Source: Candidatus Bathyarchaeota archaeon (lineage in GTDB: Archaea > Thermoproteota > Bathyarchaeia > 40CM-2-53-6). From it: a DNA stretch of 64,000 nucleotides. The notes below the pieces were generated by a model. It was not told the DNA's origin and made no database searches. It was given only the letters and a program-made list of their open reading frames with translations. The stretch is taken from contig CAVTBR010000003.1 of NCBI GenBank assembly GCA_963733055.1, positions 416,001 through 480,000 on the forward strand, written 5' to 3'. Shown here in pieces: positions 47,386 through 57,337 of this stretch (position 1 is the first letter of the stretch; each line of letters opens with the position of its first letter). A program made the translations under genes and the position numbers.

Positions 47386-47823
47386 TTGAAGAAAGACATC
47401 TATTTGCCGCTAGTCAGCATGGCGATAATCTCACTAATACTGTGCGGGCTAGTGTTTCCTGTCGTGGTAACTGGGCTCGCACAGGTTCTGATGCCCTACC
47501 AAGCAAACGGGGAGCTAGTGCAGTTCAAAGGTCGAAACGTCGGTTCGATTCTGGTTGCAGAAACCTTCAACTCATCCATGTTCTTCCACCCCTGGAACGC
47601 CTCAGCATCCGGAGCTGACCCAGATATCACCCTTCAGAATGCGTATTCTCAGATCCCAAGAATTCAAGCATCAACAGGCATATCCGCGAATGCGCTCAAG
47701 CAAATTGTGGATGCCAATATCGAATGGACGCTGTGGGTGACAGGCGACCCATATGTAAACGTCCTCAAACTCAACCTCATTCTCATTCAACAATACCCAT
47801 CGATCTATAGCTCCTACAGCTAA
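47386..47823 (+). CDS. kdpC: K+-transporting ATPase subunit C (short form)
   Basis: QANG, SASGADPDI, VNVLKLN. Confidence 0.9.
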   Translation: MKKDIYLPLVSMAIISLILCGLVFPVVVTGLAQVLMPYQANGELVQFKGRNVGSILVAETFNSSMFFHPWNASASGADPDITLQNAYSQIPRIQASTGISANALKQIVDANIEWTLWVTGDPYVNVLKLNLILIQQYPSIYSSYS

Positions 47824-47838
47824 TATCCAACTACCAGG

Positions 47839-49320
47839 ATGACCGGGTTGAGCAGAAAGATTTCGCTTCGCCGACAGCTCAACACGTTTGATACGACAAG
47901 CCTCGTGGTGGGGTCCGCAATCGGTGCGGACATCTTCGTAATACCCGCTCTTATCGCCCAAATCATAGGACCTGTTTCAATCCTCATCTGGTTCGCCGGC
48001 GCCATTATCGCGATCGCCATCGCCCTTTGCTTCGCGTATTGCGCGACCATTCTACCGAGAGTCGGCGGTTCGTATGCTTATGCTACGAAAGTTGCAGGAC
48101 CTTTCCCCGGCTTCATGGTAGGATGGGCACTCTTATTGGCGGAATGGTTCTCGCTCGCAGTCTTCCCGGTTGCCTTCGTTCAATATTTTCTAATCTTGGT
48201 CCCCAATCTCTCTCCCATGTACCAAATATTGCTGAAAGCAGCGTTCACGATTACGATTGTTCTGACAAACATCTACGGCGTCAAAACGGCGGGGCGATTC
48301 AATGACGTGCTTACCGTTGCCAAATTGGGACCACTCTTCTTCTTAATCTGCCTGGGGATAGCATTTGCTGCCTTACGACCGAACCTCGCCGTCTCTCACT
48401 TTCAACCGTTCTTTAATGGAGATTTTTCCGGAGCAGGGCAAGCACTAGTGCTGATCATTTGGGCTTATGCAGGTTTCGAACTCTCGACACTCCCAGCCGA
48501 CGAAATCGAGGATCCTAAGAAGACATTGCCTAAGGCTTTGTTTCTCGGCATGTTGATTGTTGCGGCATTCTACATAATCACTAGCGCCGCCGTGATGGCT
48601 GTCGTGGATCAGAAAACTCTAGGCGCGTCGACCGCTCCTCTAAGCCTCGCCGCGGCCAAGGCTCTTAGCTTTTCTCCTACCCTCGCGTTAATCGGGGGTT
48701 TGATACTCACCTTTGGCGCTTTAGCATCGATTCTCGGTGTGGACGAGTCGGGAGCGATAGGAACGTCTAGGCTGGCTTTCGCCATGTCACTGGACGGCAT
48801 GTTACCGCGAGCGTTTAGCAAACTACACCCAACGACCAAAACCCCCTACATTAGCATAATCGTTCTCTGTTCAACAGCCTTTATCGCGAGTCTCACAAAC
48901 AGCTTATCCGCTCTGATCAACGCGGCAGTCTTTCTCGTTTCCTTCGTTTACTTCGCGACATGTGTTTCAGCGTACTTCCTTGAAAAGAAGCATGCTGCGA
49001 AGGCGAGCAGTTCACTCGTCAATAGGCTCGTGATAGTTTTTGGTGTCGGATTTTCGGTGCTTCTTATGACCCAGGTGAACGCGCAGCAAGTGCTAATTTC
49101 CATAATACTGTTGGCTGTTGGTCTTCCGGTCTACAGATTCTTCGCGCCCAAGAAGGATATTACTGATCTTAAGCGTGAATACTTGTCCAGACAGGCGATT
49201 CTTGAACGGGCGTACCATCAAGGAAGGGTCTACTTAGCCAACGTCGTATACCACCTGAAGTTGCGGATCTACAGAGCGAAACGGATCCAACCAGCTTGGA
49301 AAGTCGAACAAACTAAGTAA
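47839..49320 (+). CDS. APC-family amino acid permease
   Basis: GSAIGADIF, GGSYAY, WAYAGFE, SRLAFAMS.DG. Confidence 0.88.
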   Translation: MTGLSRKISLRRQLNTFDTTSLVVGSAIGADIFVIPALIAQIIGPVSILIWFAGAIIAIAIALCFAYCATILPRVGGSYAYATKVAGPFPGFMVGWALLLAEWFSLAVFPVAFVQYFLILVPNLSPMYQILLKAAFTITIVLTNIYGVKTAGRFNDVLTVAKLGPLFFLICLGIAFAALRPNLAVSHFQPFFNGDFSGAGQALVLIIWAYAGFELSTLPADEIEDPKKTLPKALFLGMLIVAAFYIITSAAVMAVVDQKTLGASTAPLSLAAAKALSFSPTLALIGGLILTFGALASILGVDESGAIGTSRLAFAMSLDGMLPRAFSKLHPTTKTPYISIIVLCSTAFIASLTNSLSALINAAVFLVSFVYFATCVSAYFLEKKHAAKASSSLVNRLVIVFGVGFSVLLMTQVNAQQVLISIILLAVGLPVYRFFAPKKDITDLKREYLSRQAILERAYHQGRVYLANVVYHLKLRIYRAKRIQPAWKVEQTK

Positions 49321-49388
49321 ATTGATTTCAGAAAATCCCAAGACAACTACACTACTCTAGAATAAACGAGATTCGCGCCGGGTCGTTC

Positions 49389-49775
49389 CTACTTTAGCCC
49401 GACCTTTGTTGCATACTTGGCAATGAAGAAGATCACGACCACGACTATCATGAAGTTGATGATTACGCCCACAAAATCTCCTAGAGCGAAATGCATACCA
49501 TTACCGATCGGAATAGATACTATCGCTTTGCGCCAATCGCCGCCGGGCACGAACGCCCCTGGGACAGGCATTATAATGTCTTGAACTAGAGCCGACACCA
49601 CCTGCCCGACATAAGAACCCATAATGAAGCCCACCGCCAATCCCAGTACCCCAGCTTTTCCAAGGAACGCGAAGAATTCCGCCTTCAAGCCCTTCGGAGG
49701 GGTTGGGGGAGGCGCTGGTGTTAGAAGTTCTCGGATCTTCCTGAGTTCCGCTAGGATCTCATCGTTACTGCTCAT
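49389..49775 (-). CDS. mscL: Large-conductance mechanosensitive channel
   Basis: EFFAFL...VLGLAVGFIMG, LVQDIIMP, GDFVGVIINF. Confidence 0.88.
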   Translation of the reverse strand: MSSNDEILAELRKIRELLTPAPPPTPPKGLKAEFFAFLGKAGVLGLAVGFIMGSYVGQVVSALVQDIIMPVPGAFVPGGDWRKAIVSIPIGNGMHFALGDFVGVIINFMIVVVVIFFIAKYATKVGLK

Positions 49776-49848
49776 AGTGAGTCGGTGTATTCGAGCGTTT
49801 ACGTGCTAATGAAACTTTAGACCCGATAGGGACCAGCCATGCCTAGAC

Positions 49849-50496
49849 CTAACGCGCGATTTTGAAGTTGAAATTCGGACTCTGAAAGAGGCCCATAAGC
49901 CTTAGCCACAACGGGAGAACCATCTCTGTTCCCCTCGCGGCGGTTATATCGCCTAGGTCGATTATGGATTTCCACCCAAATGATTTCAGAATCTCCTTCA
50001 CTTTGTCCTTAGCCTGCGCATCGTTTCCGCACACAAACACCTCATGCTCGCCCCGGACCAGAGTCGGCTCAACCATAACTATACAGTTCATTGTGTTCAA
50101 CGTCTTCACAACTCTAACGCTCGGAAACGTGCGTTGTATCTGTTCGCCCAGCGAATCGTTGTTACAGACAGTTAGGGTCGGGGGCATTCCTTTCGAGAAG
50201 TCAAGCGGGTTCGCAACATCAATCAAAACTTTCCCCTTTAGATTGCTCGCGCCCGCGGCCGTCAGAGCCGCCAACGATGCTGTTCCAGCGGTGCAGTTGA
50301 AGATAACCTCACCAAACTTCGCAGTGTCATCAAAAGTTCCTTGAGATGCGTTTGATCCGTTCCCTTTTACCCACTCTGCAGCCTTCTCGTTGTTCGCCGA
50401 ACGAGATCCCATTCTGACCTCGTGGCCTACTTGAATGAGTTTTGTTCCAAGGGTCGCTCCGACTATCCCGGTCCCCAAAATTCCAATCTTCAACAA
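49849..50496 (-). CDS. F420-dependent NADP oxidoreductase family protein
   Basis: GILGTGIVG, LIDVANPL, VVKTLN, IIDLGDI. Confidence 0.82.
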   Translation of the reverse strand: MLKIGILGTGIVGATLGTKLIQVGHEVRMGSRSANNEKAAEWVKGNGSNASQGTFDDTAKFGEVIFNCTAGTASLAALTAAGASNLKGKVLIDVANPLDFSKGMPPTLTVCNNDSLGEQIQRTFPSVRVVKTLNTMNCIVMVEPTLVRGEHEVFVCGNDAQAKDKVKEILKSFGWKSIIDLGDITAARGTEMVLPLWLRLMGLFQSPNFNFKIAR

Positions 50497-50603
50497 TCCA
50501 ACCTCAAGAAGAAACCAACTATTGTAGCATATTTATTGACTAGCTCACGGAATGGCTCGGGCTTTTTAGTACTGAGAGCGCCTCATTAGACGAGGCGACT
50601 AGT

Positions 50604-50975
50604 TTGGATCCACACGATTTAGAGCCACTAAAGAAGGAACAATTCGCGTACCTGACCACGCTCGGAAGAAAATCAGGGAAACCGCATACAGTTGAATTGT
50701 GGTTCGCACTGGCAGACGGCAAGATTTACCTCAGCCATGAAGGCGCGACCACAGACTGGATGAGAAACATAGCCAGCAACCGTCGAGTCAGTATACGGGT
50801 CGGGGGTGCAAATGTAGAGGCTGACGCCCAAATACCCACTGAAGCTATCGCGATCAAGGCCGGCCAAAAGGCATTATACGAGAAATACTACGGCCCGGCA
50901 TCCGAAGCCACAATAGACGATTGGTTCGAACTCTCAAAAATCATTGAACTCACCCCTGTGAAGACAACCTCTTAA
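50604..50975 (+). CDS. Deazaflavin-dependent nitroreductase-like split-barrel protein
   Basis: LTTLGRKSGKPH.VELWF, DWMRNI, YEKY. Confidence 0.75.
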   Translation: MDPHDLEPLKKEQFAYLTTLGRKSGKPHTVELWFALADGKIYLSHEGATTDWMRNIASNRRVSIRVGGANVEADAQIPTEAIAIKAGQKALYEKYYGPASEATIDDWFELSKIIELTPVKTTS

Positions 50976-51010
50976 TCTGAGCCCCATGCGAGCTTCAGGC
51001 GCTGTATTCA

Positions 51011-51592
51011 ATGATTCATCTCCCCTCAAATACCGCACTCATTATTGTTGATGTGCAAAAGGGGTTTGACGACCCGAAGTGGGGAAGAAGAAACAACCCT
51101 GAAGCAGAATCTAACATCCGGAAGCTATTGGACACTTGGAGAGGATCGCATATGCCCGTGTTTCACATCCAACACTGCTCCCAAGAGGCAGGTTCACCTC
51201 TTAGACCAGGTACACCCGGGAATGAAATCAAAGAAATTTTAGCACCTTCAAATGGAGAGCCGATCGTTACGAAGAGAGTGAATAGCGCTTTCATCGGCAC
51301 TGATCTAGAGCTTCAATTGAAGCGGAAGAACATTGGGACACTGGTGCTAGTTGGCCTAACCACCGATCATTGCGTCTCAACGACAGCGCGGATGGCCGGG
51401 AACATGGGCTTCGAAGTCTACGCAGTGTCCGACGCGACCGCCACATTCGACCGCGTAGGACCAGACGGGAAATCCTACAAGGCTGAGGAAATTCACGCCG
51501 TGAACCTCGCTAGCCTGCATAACGAATTCGCAACAATCGTAGACACCAAGAACCTACTCAATAGCTTGGTGCCGATACCTAAGCGACAGTGA
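51011..51592 (+). CDS. Isochorismatase-family cysteine hydrolase
   Basis: IIVDVQ, KRVNSAF, TDHCVSTTAR. Confidence 0.9.
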   Translation: MIHLPSNTALIIVDVQKGFDDPKWGRRNNPEAESNIRKLLDTWRGSHMPVFHIQHCSQEAGSPLRPGTPGNEIKEILAPSNGEPIVTKRVNSAFIGTDLELQLKRKNIGTLVLVGLTTDHCVSTTARMAGNMGFEVYAVSDATATFDRVGPDGKSYKAEEIHAVNLASLHNEFATIVDTKNLLNSLVPIPKRQ

Positions 51593-51610
51593 GACCGGCT
51601 CGAAGAACAT

Positions 51611-52912
51611 CTAGTCGAAACGATTCACTTCGATCAATTGCAAGGGGACGGGAACCCACTGAACGAATTGCCCCGTGAGCATTCTGGATTCTGGGAATAT
51701 GGGATTATAGGTTGTTGGAGCGATCTGTGCGGTGTTTTGTTCCGAGCCTATCCCCACCCAATTTACGTATGTATAATTGTTAACGAGTGCTGAAAGGTTC
51801 GTAAAGGATTTGCCGGAATATTCGTAGAGCGAGCCGTGGTTCTTGAGGTATCCACCAATTATCCATGAATCTGGGGTGGCGGTTATTGTCAATACGCTGG
51901 ACGGGGGAGTCAAGTCTGTCGATGGCGGCTTAATTTCCTGCGTGAGATCTACAAAATTCTGAGCGGAGTATCTGACAAGCCAAGCCTGGCTGTTAGACAT
52001 CTGTGCTACGGGGACACCTCCGCCAATCATCCATTCTGCCCCGTTCCATGCGATCGCATTAACTATGGCGCAGCAAGTGCCGCTTAACTTTAGAACCGAA
52101 TCCAGTTTGCCCGTTAGGTCCGTGAATGTGTGACCGTCATAAGCCGCTAAGAAGCTCTCCCCTCCGACGAGCCAATAATATCCATTCCAAGCAACCGCTT
52201 GGATAGACCCAAAATTGGAGACGGACGGACCGATTTGATCTGATAGGTCTACTATTTTGGATCCGTCGAACGAGAACAGCACGCCGTTCTCGTCGTATCC
52301 TCCTCCAACCAACCAGTACTGGCCATTCCAAGCGTTAGTGTACAAAATCGCGTCTCGTTGCCGAGGAACCCATGAGGAAAGATCTGTGAAGTCGTAGCCG
52401 TCGAAGGTTGAGAGGGACATGTGGTTTCGTTGCTGGCTGCTGAAAGAAGGCAACACGCCAGACCCTAGTCCCGACAGTAACCATTCTCTGCCATTATAGC
52501 TAGCCGCGAAAACATCTCCGCCGTGCCACGACGACTCTGCATCATATTGATTTAGCGATCCGGCCAGCACTTGGTTCCGTCCATCGTAAAGGTAAATGTA
52601 TGGATCGGACCCATTCGGCCCATCATCGTCACCCCAACCCGACACTAGCCATTGGGACCCATTCCATCCACCAGCCCATACCGTTCCTTGACTATGGACG
52701 GGGTTCAGAGACGTAACGGAGTAATTGGAGAGTTCGACCCGCTCAAGCCGAGGCGCCTGACCATTCTCAAACCATGTACCATTCTGCCCGCCGACGAGTA
52801 CGTAGCTTGAATTCCTCATCGATGTTCCTAATACGGGAAGGATTCTAGCCGATGGGATGGCTAGCGCTGTGATAGTGACGACGATGACGAAAGTGGATAG
52901 GGCAGATCGCAC
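51611..52912 (-). CDS. Secreted repeat (beta-propeller-like) protein
   Basis: Signal peptide; 5-6 repeats of WNGxxWLxGG...(F/Y)DG..F.DL. Confidence 0.7.
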   Translation of the reverse strand: MRSALSTFVIVVTITALAIPSARILPVLGTSMRNSSYVLVGGQNGTWFENGQAPRLERVELSNYSVTSLNPVHSQGTVWAGGWNGSQWLVSGWGDDDGPNGSDPYIYLYDGRNQVLAGSLNQYDAESSWHGGDVFAASYNGREWLLSGLGSGVLPSFSSQQRNHMSLSTFDGYDFTDLSSWVPRQRDAILYTNAWNGQYWLVGGGYDENGVLFSFDGSKIVDLSDQIGPSVSNFGSIQAVAWNGYYWLVGGESFLAAYDGHTFTDLTGKLDSVLKLSGTCCAIVNAIAWNGAEWMIGGGVPVAQMSNSQAWLVRYSAQNFVDLTQEIKPPSTDLTPPSSVLTITATPDSWIIGGYLKNHGSLYEYSGKSFTNLSALVNNYTYVNWVGIGSEQNTAQIAPTTYNPIFPESRMLTGQFVQWVPVPLQLIEVNRFD

Positions 52913-53264
52913 TGTGATTCACGTTTGAGATGCTGTTCCGGCTGCCGAACGTACTCGCAGCTAGGATTAGGCGATTTATAAGACAAATGGATGATTGATC
53001 CGGTGAAAGTAACACGAAACAGTTTACTAGTCTTGACCTCCTATTAACAGAGCAGGCAGGAAAAATCGCAGGTTGAGTTTTGGGCTTGTGAAGACATGCG
53101 ATAGTGCGAAACAACTTGTGCTGCCTGTGTGCACTCAGATTGCGACAGATTCTCGCAGAGTAAATATGGTTCCGCCCAGTCGTGATAGAATAGGCAAAGC
53201 GACAAATAGCAATGCTTGCCTTCATTCCACCTTCCGAACACACTTACCTTAGGAAGCGAGATGC

Positions 53265-54288
53265 GTGAATCCGTTTCGCTACATACTGCGAAGACTTCTC
53301 TTCGGTGCCCTAGTTCTAGTTGCGGTCATAACCGTCACGTTTGTTTTGTCGCGTAGTTTAGGTGGTAATACGGTGGTTGCCTGGCTCGGAAAGAGCGCGA
53401 GCATTCACCCAGAGCTTGCCGCCCTCTATGCCAAGAAATATCATCTCAACGATCCAATTCCAGTTCAATACTACTATTACATACTGAATCTGATCCAAGG
53501 AAATCTGGGTTTTTCACCTTCACGTGGCTTCCAACCGGTCGCTGAAGTTATTTCGATAACCCTTCCATTCACTATACAGATAGCGTTCTTCGCCTTCGTA
53601 ATTTCACTCGCTCTTGGAATTGGGCTGGGAGTTTTGTCGGCTAAATACCAGCATAGGCCATTGGATACATGTATTCGGGCTTTCTACCTTGGGGGTTACT
53701 CTTCACCACCATTCTTCATTGCTTTGATCCTTCTAATTGTATTCGCGTTCACGTTCCGCATTCTGCCCAGCGGAGGCGCCTTCGATCTTGCACTGACACC
53801 TCCGACCGCCATCACCGGCGTTCCGATGGTAGACGCTGCAATCGAGGGCAACGGACCGTATTTTCTAAGCTCTCTTCAGCACGTAATCCTACCAAGCGTT
53901 TCGCTGGCGCTGGTCACCTTTGGGGTGCTCACGAGGGTTTTGAGGAGTTCAATGCTTGACGTAATGCACTCGAACTATATTCGAACGGCTAGGGCCAAGG
54001 GTCTCGATGAAAATACTGTCTTTTTCAAACACGCACTTAAGGAACACGATGATATCAGTAGTAACGATCTCCTCCCTGATGGTAACTTGGCTGATAACGG
54101 GAACGATATTCGTAGAGAACATCTTTGGTTACCCGGGGATGGGACAATACCTGGTTACCGCATTATCGGCAGAAGACTACCCTGGGATATTGGGAGTTAC
54201 AATAGTATTCGCTGTGGTCATAGTAGCCACGAATCTAATCGCCGACATCCTATATGCAGTCGTTGACCCCCAAGTAAGGTTAGGTTGA
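53265..54288 (+). CDS. dppB: Peptide/nickel ABC permease (DppB); frameshift from one extra A near 54040
   Basis: YILRRLL, HVILP, RSSMLDV...YIRTARAKG, KHAL(RN), VENIFGYPGMG, VDPQVR. Confidence 0.88.
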
Positions 54289-54337
54289 ATCACTGCTGAA
54301 CTCAACTGTCCGTCTCAGAATTCTCGGCCTGCTCCAA

Positions 54338-55162
54338 TTGTTCAGAAGGAGCAAAGAGGCAATTATCGGAGGCATAATCGCCTTGGGGTTTCTGCTCATG
54401 GCTGCGGCAGTTACGATAGCAGACCTACTGAGAGTCAGAATCACTCCGTATGATCCTATCCAACAGAATGTTGGTCCAGCCCTGGCTCCACCTTCCCTCC
54501 TCCACCTGATGGGCACGGACATTCAAGGACGCGACTTGTTAAGCCGCATCATAGTAGCCACACCGAATGATGTCTCTGTCAGTCTCGCGGTCGTAGGCGT
54601 TGCATTGGCGGCGGGAGCAATCATAGGTTCAGTAGCAGCATTCCACGGAGGACTCCTCGATGAGGCGCTGATGAGATTCACGGACGTGGTATTCGCACTA
54701 CCCGCTCTTGTTCTCGCTCTGGCAATTGGGGTTACATTGGGTCCAGGAGTGACGAACATGATGGTCGCCTTGATGATAATCTGGTGGCCACCATATGCGA
54801 GGTTGGCAAGAGGAGAAGCTCTCAGAGTTGCTCATCAGAATTACATCGAGGCAGCTAGGCTGTCGGGGATGGGAACGGCGAAGATACTGGTCAAGCACGT
54901 ATTCCGAAGTATTCTCGTGACGATGCTAGTCTACGCAACACTAGACATTGGAACCGTCATACTGGTCTATTCAGGGTTAAGCTACCTAGGCCTCTCAGTT
55001 AGGCCACCTCAACCCGACTGGGGAGAGATGGTGAGCTCCTATCAGGATTATCTGATTACAGCACCCTGGCTCCCCATCATTCCGGGATTCATTATCGCTT
55101 TGGGCGTGATAGGGTTCAGTTTGCTCGGCGACGGGATACGCGACGCCCTTGAGGCTAGATGA
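54338..55162 (+). CDS. dppC: Peptide/nickel ABC permease (DppC)
   Basis: HLMGTDIQGRD, YIEAARLSG, LSYLGL..RPPQPDWG, LLGDGIRD. Confidence 0.9.
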   Translation: MFRRSKEAIIGGIIALGFLLMAAAVTIADLLRVRITPYDPIQQNVGPALAPPSLLHLMGTDIQGRDLLSRIIVATPNDVSVSLAVVGVALAAGAIIGSVAAFHGGLLDEALMRFTDVVFALPALVLALAIGVTLGPGVTNMMVALMIIWWPPYARLARGEALRVAHQNYIEAARLSGMGTAKILVKHVFRSILVTMLVYATLDIGTVILVYSGLSYLGLSVRPPQPDWGEMVSSYQDYLITAPWLPIIPGFIIALGVIGFSLLGDGIRDALEAR

Positions 55163-56246
55163 AATGGCGCCGCTCATAGCCGTACGAGACTTGACGATCA
55201 ACTATGCGTCAAGAGGAGGCGCAGTCACGGCACTCGACAGAGTAAGCCTCGACATCAAAGAAAACGAATTGATCGGAGTCGTGGGAGAGTCAGGGTGCGG
55301 AAAATCGACGTTAGCGCTAGCGATGATTGGCTTACTCCCAATTCCCCCCGCACGAGTACAGAACGGGGCTATTGAATTCAAGGGAACCGATCTCGTTCAA
55401 CTTGGACCCGCACGCATGAGAGAATACAGAGGCACACAAATCGCAATGATCTTCCAAGAACCCCTCAGCAGCCTCAACCCGGTTTACAAGATCGGAGATC
55501 AAATCGCTGAAGCAATCACAATCAAAAAGATGCGGGAACAGGGACACTCCACCGTCGATTCTGAAATAATGCAAAAAACCCACAAAATCGTCCCCCCTCG
55601 AACCTCAAAGCATTCCATAACCAAACGGAAAATCAATTCGGAGATCAAAGAAGAAACGATTGCCGCACTCAAGCTTGTGAGAATCCCAGATCCTGATCAA
55701 GTGATCGATCGCTATCCATTCGAGCTCTCTGGAGGAATGAGACAGAGAGTCATGATAGCGATGGCGCTTTCACAGGAGCCCGCCTTACTCATCGCGGACG
55801 AACCGACAACTGCGCTAGACGTCACAACACAAGCACAAGTCCTCAAGCTCATGAAGGAACTCATGAACAAAGTCAAAACAAGCATATTACTCATAACCCA
55901 CGACCTAGCGGTCGCCTGCCAAGTTGCTGACCGAGTCGCAGTCATGTATGCCGGCGACATTGTAGAATCCGCAAATGTCTACGATCTATTCTCCAAACCA
56001 CTACACCCATACACCCAGGGGCTTCTCTCTTGTCTACCCACTGGATCAAAACGCAAGATCGTCCTCAAACCAATTCCAGGATCTGTACCCGACCTCAGAA
56101 CCCCAATAATTGGATGTAAGTATGAAAGCCGGTGTACCTACGCAATGAAGTCGTGCTCGCAGAAGAAACCGCAGTTAATCGAAGTGGAAGCAAACCATCG
56201 GGTGGCATGCTACCTACACGGTGAGGCAAATGGAAGCAATACTTGA
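55149..56246 (+). CDS. dppD: Peptide ABC ATPase (DppD)
   Basis: GESGCGKS, LSGGMRQR, DEPTTALD, HPYT, C-terminal Cys motif. Confidence 0.92.
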   Translation: MRLDEMAPLIAVRDLTINYASRGGAVTALDRVSLDIKENELIGVVGESGCGKSTLALAMIGLLPIPPARVQNGAIEFKGTDLVQLGPARMREYRGTQIAMIFQEPLSSLNPVYKIGDQIAEAITIKKMREQGHSTVDSEIMQKTHKIVPPRTSKHSITKRKINSEIKEETIAALKLVRIPDPDQVIDRYPFELSGGMRQRVMIAMALSQEPALLIADEPTTALDVTTQAQVLKLMKELMNKVKTSILLITHDLAVACQVADRVAVMYAGDIVESANVYDLFSKPLHPYTQGLLSCLPTGSKRKIVLKPIPGSVPDLRTPIIGCKYESRCTYAMKSCSQKKPQLIEVEANHRVACYLHGEANGSNT

Positions 56247-57210
56247 AACAACTGATTTGAAGAAATATTTCCCTATTCAACGTGGCATCAACCCATTCTC
56301 AAAGGCTAAGAAATTCGTCAAGGCCGTTGACGGGGTCGACATGACCTTGTGGAAGGGAACAACGCTGGCAGTTGTGGGAGAATCAGGATGCGGTAAGACA
56401 ACTTTGGCGCGGACGATTGCACTCCTCACCAAGCCGACAAGCGGAAATGTAATCTTCAACGGGAAGAGCATCGTTAACAAGAAAACGGACACACGTGTAG
56501 TATACAGGGACCTACAAATCGTCTTCCAAGACCCTGAATCATCCTTAGACCCAAACATCACGGTGGGTGCCTCGATCGGAGAACCACTGTTCGGTTTGAT
56601 GAAATGGAGTAAAGAGGAAGTTGACAGAGCGATCAAGAAGAGCCTAGAGGTCGTGGGCCTTTCTCATGACGTTGCAGACCGCCTGCCTGGGCAACTTAGT
56701 GGAGGACAGAAACAGCGGGTCGCGATAGCCCGCGCGATTGGGCCGCAGCCGAAACTTGTTATCCTCGACGAGCCCACAAGCGCGCTTGACGCGTCCGTCC
56801 AAGCGCAGATCCTGCGCTTACTTCTGGAACTTCAGAAGGAGTATTCCCTCTCCTACATGCTGATAACCCACAACATTGCAGTGGCGGAGTACTTGTCGGA
56901 TTTCATGCTGGTTATGTATTCAGGCGATGTCGTGGAGTACGGTCAAACCGAAGAAATCATGGCTAAACCACGGCATCCATACACGATAGCTCTAATTTCT
57001 TCAGCCCCAATCGCTAACCCTTGGAAGAGGAATTTACTTCAAGTCGATATTCGAGGTGAGGTACCCAGCGCAATCGACCCTCCCAGCGGCTGCAAGTTTC
57101 ACCCACGCTGCCCCTACGCCGAATCTATCTGTTCTCAGGAACGGCCGAAACTCAGAGAAATCTCACCAGGACGGCTTGTTGCCTGCCATTTCGCCGAGAA
57201 AACCGCATAA
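56221..57210 (+). CDS. dppF: Peptide ABC ATPase (DppF)
   Basis: KAVDGV, GESGCGKT, LSGGQKQR, GCKFHPRC. Confidence 0.92.
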   Translation: MRQMEAILETTDLKKYFPIQRGINPFSKAKKFVKAVDGVDMTLWKGTTLAVVGESGCGKTTLARTIALLTKPTSGNVIFNGKSIVNKKTDTRVVYRDLQIVFQDPESSLDPNITVGASIGEPLFGLMKWSKEEVDRAIKKSLEVVGLSHDVADRLPGQLSGGQKQRVAIARAIGPQPKLVILDEPTSALDASVQAQILRLLLELQKEYSLSYMLITHNIAVAEYLSDFMLVMYSGDVVEYGQTEEIMAKPRHPYTIALISSAPIANPWKRNLLQVDIRGEVPSAIDPPSGCKFHPRCPYAESICSQERPKLREISPGRLVACHFAEKTA

Positions 57211-57308
57211 CCCTCCACCCTGCGACTCTGGCCCGCAGACAATTCCATACACTTGGCAGCTCAACGAATATGTGTTGTATATATTGTCCGAATCCATCCA
57301 GACAAATT

Positions 57309-57316
57309 GTTAAATA
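57309..57316 (+). promoter_or_regulatory. Putative TATA box for a separate, probably leaderless, SBP transcript
   Basis: GTTAAATA ending about 21 nt before ATG 57338. Confidence 0.4.
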
Positions 57317-57337
57317 GATTTACCCCAACCTAATTTC

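Noticed and set aside
53044-53241. Small Cys-containing ORF as a peptide precursor
   Set aside because: No signal peptide, no modifying enzymes nearby, and it lies in a divergent promoter region
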